Shown piece by piece: positions 49,717 to 61,086 of a stretch of 64,000 nucleotides of DNA. The translations under genes were made by a program, and so were the position numbers. How positions within the stretch are numbered: position 1 is the first letter of the stretch; each line of letters starts with the position of its first letter. Source of the DNA: Oculina patagonica (Eukaryota); NCBI RefSeq assembly GCF_052425735.1, contig NC_135760.1:558001-622000 (forward strand), in the 5' to 3' direction. The notes beneath the pieces were generated by a model. The model saw only the letters and a program-made list of their open reading frames with translations, was not told the DNA's origin and made no database searches.

Positions 49717-49962
49717 TTAAAAATATTAAAATGATGTTCGATCTTTATAGCTTGAGTGAATGTAGCTCTATTTCGTGGTGCCTGTCATATAAGTGAAGTT
49801 ATCCGATCTTCTTGTTTACGCGCAGCGAAAAACTCTTTCACTAGTCATGACTGGTCTGTTGCGTAATACCAGCGGGTTTCCATTCTTTGACGATCCGGCA
49901 TCTTGTGGCTCCCACGGACAGGATACCATTGCTAACTGAGGGTCCCGACTGAGGGCTTGCGA

Positions 49963-50367
49963 CCCGGGGGGGGGGGGGTACTCCCATAAATTTCGGATAG
50001 GGGTGTGCCGCCAAGGTTCTTAAACCCTGACCCTATTTAAGGAAAAAGAAAGCGAAAATTGATACCCTTTTAAAGGCCCAAAACCGAAAAATGACACCCT
50101 ATTCAAGGGGAGAAGAAGCGTTCCATGACAACCCAAATAACGGCTAACCGCGCACGGTAAGACACAAATCTCTATAAAATCGCTTTACTAATAACTGAAC
50201 AGAAAATTCAGTTTTAAAATACCTTTTTTGGTTTAGCTGGGCCTTTATTTTAGCTTATATAATTTAGGCACCCTATTTAAGGACCGAGAACCTCAAAAAC
50301 CATACCCTATCGGGCGGCACCTACTATATAGGCCACATTTGGGAGTACCTCCCCCCCCCCCCCGGGG
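49963..50367. mobile_element. MITE with CCCGGGGGG..GTACTCCCA termini, 9-10-bp TSD
   Basis: GGGCTTGCGA flanks both ends; related copies near 39430-39793 and 11000-11215. Confidence 0.65.
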
Positions 50368-50593
50368 GGGCTTGCGAGAGCTTGCATGCAACCGCCGCGT
50401 TGTGTACACGAAAAGAAAGATTGTTTGAAGTATGACAAGCGCCACGAAATAGATCGAACATTTTAATATTTACAAAGGTCGAATTTGGCTCCTCTGTTCA
50501 CTGTGATTTTCCGTGATCGCTCGATCACACACTTGAGTGCTCAAAGGTCAAGGTTCGGGGCGCTAAAAAAGGCGCTAAAAAAGGCGCTAAAAC

Positions 50594-50708
50594 TAGCCTA
50601 CGTGTAGCCGTACCCACCCCCCCGAGGAAAAGCGGGAGGGGAATGAACGTTACGTTCCTTCCCCTCCCGCTTTTCCTCGGGGGGGTGGGTACGGCTACAC
50701 GTAGGCTA
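50594..50708. mobile_element. Palindromic MITE (TAG..CTA) with exact 9-bp TSD, upstream of BTB gene 1
   Basis: CGCTAAAAC|TAGCCTACGTGTAGCCGTACCCACC ... GGTGGGTACGGCTACACGTAGGCTA|CGCTAAAAC. Confidence 0.85.
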
Positions 50709-50852
50709 CGCTAAAACTGAATGCTCAAGTTCCCGCGCTCTATCTCACGTGACCAATCAGTAGGCGTCACAACTTTTCTGCTGCTGTTGAGGCTACGTAC
50801 TTCGATAACCAGACTAGAGGCTGAGAAATCGCTTATTCCTACACCAAGAGTC

Positions 50853-52214
50853 ATGTCTGCCGTCGAACAAAACTGGCAAACAACAAGACCGACCATCAGA
50901 GAAAGAAGCAAGTTTATGTTCAACAACGAACTCTTCAGCGATGTAAAGTTTGTCGTCCGGAGCGCCAATGGCGAAAATGATAGCAAACGCTCGAAACACG
51001 TGATTCCAGCTCACAAGTTCGTGCTGTCGATTAGCAGTCCTGTGTTTGAAGCCATGTTTTACAGTGAGCTGGCGGAGACTGGAGACTCTATTGAACTGCC
51101 TGACGGTGAGTACGAGAGTCTGTTGGAGTTGTTTCGTTACATGTACAGCAATGAAGTAAGCTTGAGCGGCTGCAATGTGATGGGAGTGTTGTATTTGGCG
51201 AAGAAATACATGGTGCCTTCACTAGCTGATAAATGCACGGAATATCTGAAAGATAACTTAAATCCGTCGAACGTTTTCAGCATCCTTCCCTCTGCTCAGA
51301 AATATGAAGAGAAAACCCTGGTAGATCGATGCTGGGAAGTAATCGATGTACAGACAGGAGAAGCTGTGAAATCTGATGCATTTGCGACAATCGAGAGGTC
51401 GTTACTTGAAGCAGTTGTTGAAAGGGACTCTCTGTGTACAAATGAGGTCAATTTGTTCAAAGCGGTCAATCTATGGGCAACCAAGGAATGTGAAAGACAA
51501 GGTTTAACAGCAGATGGGGAAGTTAAAAGAAGAATTCTTGGAGAATCCATTGTAAAAGGAATACGCTTTCCAATAATGAAAGAAACTGAATTTGCAAATG
51601 TTGTCCTTGATAGTAAAATTTTGACACCAGAGGAAGTCGTTTCCTTTTTCAAATTTTACAATTCAGCATTGGATGCTCCAATGGAATTTGTAGAGTCCGT
51701 ACGATCGGGTTTTCGCAAGGAGAACATTCACCGCTGTGCTAGATTTCGATCTGTGGAAGAAGTATCCGAAGACCGAGGATGGCATTATCCAGGGGACATT
51801 GAAGATCGTATCGATTTCACTGTGGACAAAGATATTATGTTACGTGGACTGTGCTTATTTGGAAGTGAAAACAACGATCACTCTGTAACCTTGACCATAA
51901 AGAAAAATGGTAGAAACTCAGCTGTAGTGTCCAAAACAGGAACATTTCCTTCCAAGCTGTTTCAGTACAAAACCAGTAGCTTTCATGGATTTGAAGTTTT
52001 GTTCGATTCTGCTGTCAAGTTAAACAAGGCTACTAGATATCAAGTCGAAGCTATCATAACTGGTCCACATTCTTGGGTTGGAAGGGATGGCATCACCACT
52101 GTTTTTTGTTCGGGCGTGACCTTTAGATTAAAAAATAGCACCAGCATTTTTACTAATGGAACCGACACTAAACGTGGACAGTTCCCTGAGATACTGTTTT
52201 CTGTTTTGACATGA
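50853..52214 (+). CDS. BTB/POZ-BACK-PHR protein (BTBD3/BTBD6-like), intronless
   Basis: NWQTTRPTIRERSKFMFNNELFSDVKF, IPAHKFVLSISSPVFEAMF, LYLAKKY, IRFPIM, PHR C-terminus NGTDTKRGQFPEILF. The start was set by alignment with the paralog at 56932. Confidence 0.92.
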   Translation: MSAVEQNWQTTRPTIRERSKFMFNNELFSDVKFVVRSANGENDSKRSKHVIPAHKFVLSISSPVFEAMFYSELAETGDSIELPDGEYESLLELFRYMYSNEVSLSGCNVMGVLYLAKKYMVPSLADKCTEYLKDNLNPSNVFSILPSAQKYEEKTLVDRCWEVIDVQTGEAVKSDAFATIERSLLEAVVERDSLCTNEVNLFKAVNLWATKECERQGLTADGEVKRRILGESIVKGIRFPIMKETEFANVVLDSKILTPEEVVSFFKFYNSALDAPMEFVESVRSGFRKENIHRCARFRSVEEVSEDRGWHYPGDIEDRIDFTVDKDIMLRGLCLFGSENNDHSVTLTIKKNGRNSAVVSKTGTFPSKLFQYKTSSFHGFEVLFDSAVKLNKATRYQVEAIITGPHSWVGRDGITTVFCSGVTFRLKNSTSIFTNGTDTKRGQFPEILFSVLT

Positions 52215-52703
52215 TTAGACTAAAATTCCAAACTAGTTGCAAAACAACTTAAGTAACATAGGTTTGTAAGGGAAAGTTTTGAGTGACATTTTTTATTTGT
52301 TGTAATGATAGGAACTTGTACCACAGGTAGCCCAAGCTCCATGAAACGTGCTCCTTGCAGCACCTCTTACTTATAAAGGGTTGCCTGTGAAAAAACGTTT
52401 CGGATTCATTGTTGAATATTACAATATTTTGAGCTAAGAAGTTCTAAGTGATGAAAACTCTGAAGGCCAACAAGATGACAACGGCCAGGACTGACGAGAC
52501 ATACAATACAAACAAACGTCTATAAATACAAACCACCTCCATATGCTGCATGGTGAGAGTCATGTTGCATGTATTTGTAAGTTTCTGAAGGCTCCTCTCA
52601 TCATGAGCTTGGGCTGCCTGTGTTTGTTTCTGCATTTCCTTTAAAATCATTTTGGAAAAAGGTGCAAATTGTCATTATTGACTTGGTTTCCAGTTAACTG
52701 TAT

Positions 52704-52988
52704 TAGAGCAGTTTTCAATTGAGTGTCGGAAAACCAAAACCAAAGTAATTACTCTGGCCAATCACAAAGGACACAGACAATCCAGTGAACCAAACAAAAC
52801 TTGAAGCAAATACATGTCGCTGGTGCAAAGCGCGGAAAAACGTGCACGAGCGAGGCACGATTGGTTTTGGTTTTACTCCTGATTGGCTGAGAAAGTGGTG
52901 TGAGATTTTTAAGCCAATCACTAAGCGTAGTAATGCAAAACCAAAGCAAACGCAATTTACTTTCGACACTCAAGTGAAAACCGCTCTA
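52704..52988. mobile_element. About 285-bp MITE family, copy 2 of 3
   Basis: TAGAGCAGTTTTCAATTGAGTGTCG ... CGACACTCAAGTGAAAACCGCTCTA terminal inverted repeat. Confidence 0.8.
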
Positions 52989-55855
52989 TCTCGTTGTTGT
53001 TAATGATGCAATTCTCATTGTATCACATAAGCTCAGTTGCTTGCTGAAAAAAAATGTTTGTTTTTGTATGATATCTACATGTATTTCTGAGCACAGTGTG
53101 AAGTGATAAAAGCACAGTGAAGATTAATAGCCAATGTCAAATATGTCACCCTGATTTGGTACTCAGTTGTTTACTGGTATGAGCAATGTTGGCATCTACT
53201 GAGTATTTCTAACCACAACCAAATTGTTCCAACAACAAAGTTCTCTGATCACAGCTCGAAATTTTAGTTGAATTGTGCACTTTTTGATACAAGCATGAAA
53301 CTTGGAACAATGAAAGTGGTCACCAACAGAAGTTTTTTTCAGATATAGTGCCAAGCCCGAAGAAACCGTGATTTATCAAAATCAATGAAATTTCGTGAAA
53401 TATTTGTTTGTCCTGGTTTATAGACAAATACTATTATGTCAGGAAGTGATATCAAGTCGCACGTACCAAACTTAGAATGAAATGCTGTAATTTAGACTGT
53501 TCACAGCCCTATATTTTCCTATTTTTCTTCTGTTAGCGAACGGTTCACCGATCGCGAGAGACATGGACGCTAGCGCAAAACGAAAGAGGCCAGGGAGCAG
53601 AGGGCAGGGAACAAAAAATCTTTTCCCATGCAATAATTTCCTAGTAAATTATTGGTATCAAACAGATGGTAAAAAAATGACAATTGTAAGGCTAATTTAA
53701 AGCATTTACACTTGTATTTATGAATAAAAATCTGCAATAAAAGGTTTATAAAATTACAAGAAGAAGTACTTCGTGGGGGAGGGGCCTCTCGGCTGAAAAT
53801 TTCAATGCTGTTTACTAGCTGAAAATAGGAAATTGGCGTTGGCACTATATCAAGAATTGATTAGTATACGAATGCTTGTAATCCCGCAAAGTTTGGTGCT
53901 TGTATCAAAAATCGCACAATTCAGGAGCTTAGCCGCCGGACTATTTCTAGAGATTAAAATGTTATCATGTTAATCAGTTTATATTAATAATAAAGCATGT
54001 GTTTTTTTTCATGCCACGAGGCACTTGATGTTTTTTTTACAACGAGAAACTTAACTGATCACATGTACTAATGCACCTATCAATGTTAAGCCTGAGGGGG
54101 AGGGGGGGGGGGATTTTGATAGTATGTGATCCCCGGCAACAAAGTTTGAAGGACATCTGACCACCTTCCTTTCCCCTGGGTGGGGATTTTGACCAACTAT
54201 TTTGTCCCGGGGATGGGGAATTTGCTTTTTTTATTTCAAGAAAATGTAAAAATCCCCACCCCATGCCCGTTCCCCGACCCTTCCCCGCTCGGGCTTAACA
54301 TTGGTAGGTGCATAAGGTGTAAAAAGTCGCGCCCGTGTCTGACAGACTGTATACGTGTAGGCAACCCCACTGCGCGCGCGAAGAATAATTTCAGACACTG
54401 TGTTGAAGCTTCGGGGGTAAATTTAACGTTAGGATTGTTGATCGGACAACAATGAAACAAAATGTTGAACGTGGTGGGGCTGGGCTCTTTTTTCTGTGCA
54501 GTACTGAATGCATGGGCGTTTAAGTCACCTGTACTTTCCTTCAAAATTATCTTCCTTAAGAAGCAGCTGGAAGTCTTCAATTGCACGCAAAGATGGTGCC
54601 GGCAAGTTCCATTCATGTTCCATCCCTACCCGAGAAGGGAAATTTGTATTTGTCACTTCTAAGGGTCTGGTCAGGCCAAAAAATGTCACCGGAAGAAAGT
54701 CTGTGAGTATTTGTTTCAATGCGTTCTAAATAGGTACGCACACCGGCATGGTATGAATAAGACAGATTTTAATAGAGCAAACCAGCGATTTTTACTGTAC
54801 TTGTAATCAGATATTCTAATAAGTGGATCACATCTTGTATTAAACACAGGCTTCCTGGATCTAGAACAGAAACTTTAATTACTTATAAAGCAATTTAATT
54901 GTCATTCGTTCGTTAACGCCTATGTGTTTATCCTTGTACTTCGTTGTCGGTGGGATAGCTTTCATGACTAAATTCTCTTCCTCGTAGACCGTTTCCTAAA
55001 TCCTTGCCGCTCCTTCTTCACGAACGCTAATGAATCATGTTTGCCGCGCATTTTCTCGGAAAGAGAGCCGAGCAAAAAGTAAACCCTGCATAATTTCCTT
55101 TTGTTTCATTAGAGAAAACTGACTTGTGAAAAACTCGGGCTTAATTCTGTGCTCTAAAATCTTCCAATTAATAGAAACTCTTGGCAAATGGGATTGTTCT
55201 TTGATGCGTTTTTCGGTGTTTGGAATCCGTGATGAGAAACTCGTGCACGTTTTTGACATAGCACGCTGTCCGAAGAAACCAGAGTTAAGGTCGCGGGGGA
55301 CACCTTAGGCTCATCATTATGCATTTATTTAAAGCGTATGCACGAAGTACAACGACTGACATCGACAACTTTACGAGACATTTATGACTGGATAAAAATA
55401 TGGGCGCGTGCGCGTGATTTGTAAAAAATTCCTGTTTCTTTGATATTTTAACCAATTTAAACAACACTTAGCGATATACGTTCATATAGATTGTAGAAAG
55501 TCTTTGAGCTTGTTTTCATTTAAATTTGAATATTTCTGGAACTCAGAGTAATCACAAAAATATTCGGCATAAACAATCGTGTCCTATTTAAAAACGCATT
55601 GTTCTCGCCATAAAAGCGTGGAATATAATTACCATAATTACATCTCTCCTTGGCAAAATGATCGTATTTAGGTCGGGACACCTTCGGAAATCTCAAAGTT
55701 TTGACTTTTCCGACAATTTTGTGGCAGAGAATACAGCACGGATACAGAACTTCATGACTTGCCACTGCAGATAGGTAAACTATGAATACTGTAGTGTGTC
55801 ATAACAGAAGCGGAATTTTAAAAGAGCGCTTTTAGAAAGAGGTAGAAGACATTAA

Positions 55856-56475
55856 GAGGAAATCCGCCAGGACTTCGAGTAGCTATTGGACAAAATTATG
55901 TACCAAAACTATTTACACCTGATTGCAAGCTTTTGTGTTACTGCTTCAAATATCTTATCGAAAGAAATCTCTTCTAACAACACCACACATCGAAAACACA
56001 TTTTGAAGTTCCGCTGAATTCCACTGAATCGCTTTAAAGATGTAAGCTTTTGCCCATAGGTTGTGAACTTTAAATATCATTTTCTCAGACTCGGATAAGA
56101 AGTTGTTGTACCAGAATCATTTCCACCTTATTGCAAACTTTTTTGTTACTGCTTCAAATATCTTATCAAAAGAAATCTTTTCTAACAACACCACACATCG
56201 AAAACACATTTTGAAGTTCCGCTGAATTCCACTGAATCGCTTAAGACGAATTTACAAAATGGCTACACGTGAGATTTTTCCTATACCTTGTGAACTTTGA
56301 AATTTATTTTCTCAGACTCTGATAAGAAATTGTTGTTGGTGTTGTCACGGATAATTACTTACATCTTTACCTTTTATTAAGGGTAGGAAATAACGCAATA
56401 GGATTTAAATTATTCTGGAAATTGATTTTTGTCCAACTTTAATAAATATTACTCGACTTCCTAGTGGATTCCGTC
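55856..56475. mobile_element. Kolobok-like MITE (TTAA TSD) with an internal duplication of about 210 bp
   Basis: TTAA|GAGGAAATCCGCCAGGACTTCGAGTA ... TACTCGACTTCCTAGTGGATTCCGTC|TTAA; inverted sister copy at 61741-62152. Confidence 0.75.
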
Positions 56476-56931
56476 TTAAATTCAAATTTGCGCACTTAAA
56501 CCGCCGTAGTTTGCTGGCAAACTTTAAATTAAAAAATCCGCTTCTGTTATGACACTCTAGAGGTATTGACTGATTAGTTTTTGACAAGATCCCAGTGTGC
56601 TGTCTCCTACTCGTTCCGCAAACTCTGCCACAAAATCATGTTTTTCCCAATTTGGCACTCATGAGGCTATAACATCGACGTTAAATGCAATCTACCAAAT
56701 AAAATACGACATTCACAATCTTTCATCATTTCTGTATGTCTCTGTAAAATTTGAGCTTAATCGCACCCATAACAGCTGAGAAATAAGCGCTTTAAAAGAT
56801 GTAGGTCAAGCAAAATTTCCCTTCATGAATTTATTCATGCTGTAGGTATCCCCCGCGACCTTAAGGTTCTGAAACACGCGCAGTCGCTTTAGAGAGCTGA
56901 GCTGAAATCTTGCAAACTTTCCTCAAGAAAT

Positions 56932-58283
56932 ATGTCTTCTCTTCCAGTACACTGGCAAACAACTAGACCAACCATCAGAGAAAGAAACAAATTTATGTTT
57001 AACAACGATCTCTTCAGCGATGTGAAGTTTCTAGTGCGATCGGCTGATGGCAAAAATGAGAGTAAACAAGAGATTCCCGCTCACAAGTTCGTGCTGTCGA
57101 TAAGCAGCGCTGTGTTTGAAGCCATGTTTAACGGTGATCTGGCGGAGACTGGAGACTGTATTGAACTGCCTGACTGTGAGTACGAGAGCCTGTTAGAGTT
57201 GTTTCGTTACGTGTACAGCGATGAAGTGATCTTGAGCGGAAGCAATGTGATGGGAGTGTTGTATCTGGCGAAGAAATACATAGTGCCTTCGCTGGCTGAT
57301 AAATGCGCAGAATACTTGCGCACTCGTTTGGGTCCATCGGATGTTTTCAGCATATTATCCCACTCTCTGAAATTTGAAGAGAAAAAGCTGACAGATCGAT
57401 GCTGGAAAGTTATCGATAAACACACAGAAGAAGCTGTTAAATCGGATGGGTTTATGACAATTGACAGGCCCTTACTTGAAGCATTCGTCGAACGTGAAAC
57501 TTTGAATATCGAAGAAGTTGAGTTGTTCAAAGCCGTGAATTTGTGGGCAACAAAAAAGTGCGAAGAACAACGCTTGTCGATAGATGGTAGCGAAAAACGA
57601 AGAATTCTTGGAGAACGGATTGTGAAAGGGATACGTTTTCCCGTGATGACACAACAGGAATTTGCTGCTGTTGTTCTGGATTGCAACATTCTGACGCCAG
57701 ACGAAGCCAACAGCATAGTTCAGTATTTGAATTCAGTTCCAGACACTGAAACTTACTGAAATTTCCAGTAAACAAAAGAGGTTTGTCTGGTTTGAAGGAA
57801 GTGTCTAAACGTTGTTGTAAGTTCACATCCGTGGAACACACTGGCTCGGGTTATCCTTATTTACCAAAGCAAAGAGACTGTCTCCTTTTTAAAGTCGACA
57901 AAGAAATCTCCTTAATTCGTGTTACACTCTATGGAAGCAAAAGTTCTAATTATTCTGTAACTATACAGATAAGACGTTCCGATAATTATTCATTTGATCT
58001 TTATACCCAATCAGGGAAATTTGCTTCTAAATATATCAAGTCAGAACCAGTCTCTTATTATGGATTCAATATTTTCTTCGACCGTCCTATTGTTATAAAG
58101 AAAAATGTTGTACATCGTATCGAAGCTGGCATTTCTGGTGCCAATTCTTGTTTCGGTGTTAATGGTCAAGGGTATGCCGTTTGTTCAGGGGTTACATTTA
58201 TTTTTGATTCTTGTTTTGTAAGTGGCAACGGAACCTCGTATGGGCGAGGACAATTTCCAGAGTTTCTTTTTACCGAGGAATAA
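56932..58283 (+). pseudogene. BTB-BACK-PHR paralog with a frameshift near 57747-57759 (PHR domain out of frame)
   Basis: ORF 56932-57759 is BTB-BACK. The next frame continues LLKFPVNKRGLSG...NGTSYGRGQFPEFLF* to 58283, colinear with gene 1. Confidence 0.8.
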
Positions 58284-59232
58284 ATGCCTGCGCTTGATTT
58301 CAACCACGCAAAAACAGTGAACTATGTTGGACTTTAAACAAATTTTTCCAACGAGCAAACTAGTTTCCAGGGTTGTGCGCTTTATTGTTTTCTGTGACGG
58401 AATTGCATAAAAGAAAGAACCCACATATTTTTGAGCAGTTTTTGAACTATAATATAAATGTGATCACTACATTTAAAAAAAGATAACAATAGTTTATTGC
58501 TATTAACATAATATGAGAATTTGATAAGGTTACTTCAATCTCAGTTATCAATTACATTTTCGGCGATTTATCAGCTATAAGTTAGAATTTCAGCCCATTT
58601 CTCCGCTACATGTATCAGTTAATTTTGATGATCTCAGATCTTAGTTACTAGTTATAAAACGCGTCATTTTGTAAATAATTCTTTTGTAAATTGTATAAGC
58701 TTCTTTTCCCATGCAGTAAAGTGCAATAAAAATGTGAAACAGTCACACCACACAGTACACTGTGTATTATACTTATTCATGTTCTCCTTTGTGTGTTCTT
58801 ATGCATCTGCTCCCAAATTAAACAGACCAAACGGGGCAGCCTTGTGTATTGGAATGAGGATATTAAGGTAATTCCCTTGAAATGCAACTGCTCGTAGATT
58901 TCCAACCAAACTTTGCCAGTTGGTTGTTTACCTTAAGGGAAGTTTAATTTTGAAATAAAAAAGGGGGGTCACCGTATTAGTTTAGGAGCAGGAAGACCTT
59001 GTGTTACCATATAATTCCTTATATTTCCTTTGCGATTACTGGCAAAGTACACGTTTTCGGTGATTATGTATATTCTGCCATAGAAATTGATCTTTATTCA
59101 ATTTATAGAAAGAATTTGATCGCTACTTTCGAACTAAGAGAAAAAAATTATAGGTCACCGAACTCGTTTACGAGAAAACGAAGATTTTTCTCTCTTGCGC
59201 GGTAAGGATGCGCAATGCAATACTAGGGAATC

Positions 59233-59341
59233 CAATCTCGTCCCCAGAGACCCGCGATCCTTCTGGTCTGCGCCAGGGATCGGGTTGAGTGAGTTTCCCG
59301 ACCGCTGGTCAAGGGGAACGCAGGCTCTGGGAACGAGATTG
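59233..59341. mobile_element. Palindromic MITE with exact 9-bp TSD
   Basis: TAGGGAATC|CAATCTCGTCCCCAGAG ... CTCTGGGAACGAGATTG|TAGGGAATC. Confidence 0.85.
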
Positions 59342-60158
59342 TAGGGAATCACCTTAAACATTATAACCCACCGATTAATGGGGTTGCTTGATTACAACCC
59401 ATTAATTAAACTGGTATATAAAACTGACGGGCTTGATCGTCGAAAAAATTTAAAAGGAACACCACAAAGGTACCAGAATAATGCTTTGAGGGCGTGGCAC
59501 CGCCGAATTCATTTTAACACCAAAGATATACAGTGCACCAATTCTTTCTCCATCGCTTTTTTTCTTTTAGATTTTTAGAGTTTTAACCCCTAAAAGGTAC
59601 GACGGTCACTTAAGGCATTTTCATGCTAGTTTATCTCCCGTCAACTGACTGGTCATAGAACATTGTTAAGAAACCAAGGATAGAGGTTCGGGTCGGGGGG
59701 GTGGGGGGTGGGGGGGATAAAACCAGCAGTATATCAAAACACACTTAATCAAAAACAAAGGTATTAAATCGCAGACGTTTAAAATTAGTGTGTAAATGCA
59801 GGGGTGAGTCGGCGCATTACACAGTAACATGGAAAGGGCAGGTTATCCATGTTCGTGAAATAACTGTAAACTAGCCGTAAGCTTAGCTTATTTCACGGTA
59901 ATAAAGTATCTTATCTTTATCTTTATCTTATGGATAAAATAGTCAGCGTCAAACCTCTAACAATGGAACTATACCAAGTACATGCTTTTTTAACCAGAAA
60001 AACGAGACCAGAAAAAAAGACAGGCTTTTCGCTTATCGCAAGAAAAAAGTGAAAAAGAAACACAGCAATCGGATGACAATTTAACAATCATCGAGCTTGG
60101 TTATCGCAAATTATATAATGCTGTATAATCCACCGATTAATTTCCGCGCACTCTCCAA

Positions 60159-60315
60159 ATGGTGGATTTCCACTGACGCGTAAATTTTTACGTGCGTGAA
60201 AAAAATTAGAGACAATGTATGAACGGCCTGCGTAAACGTGTACGCAAGCCGTTCATACATTGTCTCTAATTTTTTTATGCACGTAAAAATTTACGCGTCA
60301 GTGGAAATCCACCAT
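60159..60315. mobile_element. Near-perfect palindromic MITE
   Basis: ATGGTGGATTTCCACTGACGCGTAAATTTTT ... AAAAATTTACGCGTCAGTGGAAATCCACCAT. Confidence 0.7.
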
Positions 60316-61086
60316 AAGGGGGCTTATTACTAAATATCGTGATTTATCAATGTCTCTCAGATCAATTATTTGTTCCAACCTTCCGGTTGGGCAAATAATT
60401 GATCTACTCGTCACTGAGAAATCACAATTTTTTGCTCGACGACCTCGTCCAATAATAATATTCTCATCACCTGTTTGCTTGACAACGTATTAATACTGTT
60501 AGGAGAATATAAAAGTTGATCAGAAAAGATTTGGCACCTGCCCTTCTACAAACAGGTGGCGAACTGTGATTTGTGTCGTCAGGTATGCACACGAAATATT
60601 TCCAATAGAGAGACTCGAAAATGAAAATAAATAAACCGAAAGAAATAAATCCGTTTATTTCTTTAAAGTAGAATTTTATATATTTATTTTGCGAATAATA
60701 TTTTTTACGTTTTTTACGAGTCAATTCATTTATTGGAACGGCGAAAAGAAGTCGCGGTTACCTGGGAACTAGCAGGTGCGTATACCACCTGAGTGCAGCG
60801 ATACAAAACATTTCGTCAGGCACTGAAAGGGTTTGTGACTATGGCGCGAAAATCATGGTCACTGCACCAAAATTACTTCCACACAAATGATCTTAGAAAA
60901 GCCACACCTTAGCCGATCGGACTGCCATGAAAATGATTTCGGTTGATCATGAGATTCAAAGACATATTGTAGAGGAAAATTGTACGGGAAATTAATCAAG
61001 GAATTCTCTTCGAGCGAAACTGCAGTCCAGGATTGGTTTTCCGATGCGAGGACTGTGGTTAAAGAGTCGATCTTTGGTTGACATTT

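Noticed and set aside
50721-50852. N-terminal extension of the BTB ORF in the ORF track
   Set aside because: The paralog starts at the equivalent of 50853 (MSAVEQNWQ versus MSSLPVHWQ); the extension overlaps promoter-like CACGTGAC/CCAAT motifs.
54236-54729. Overlapping ORFs between the BTB genes that look vaguely protein-like
   Set aside because: No recognisable motif or splice structure, and partly overlapping a MITE (about 54070-54312); a BLASTX search would be needed.
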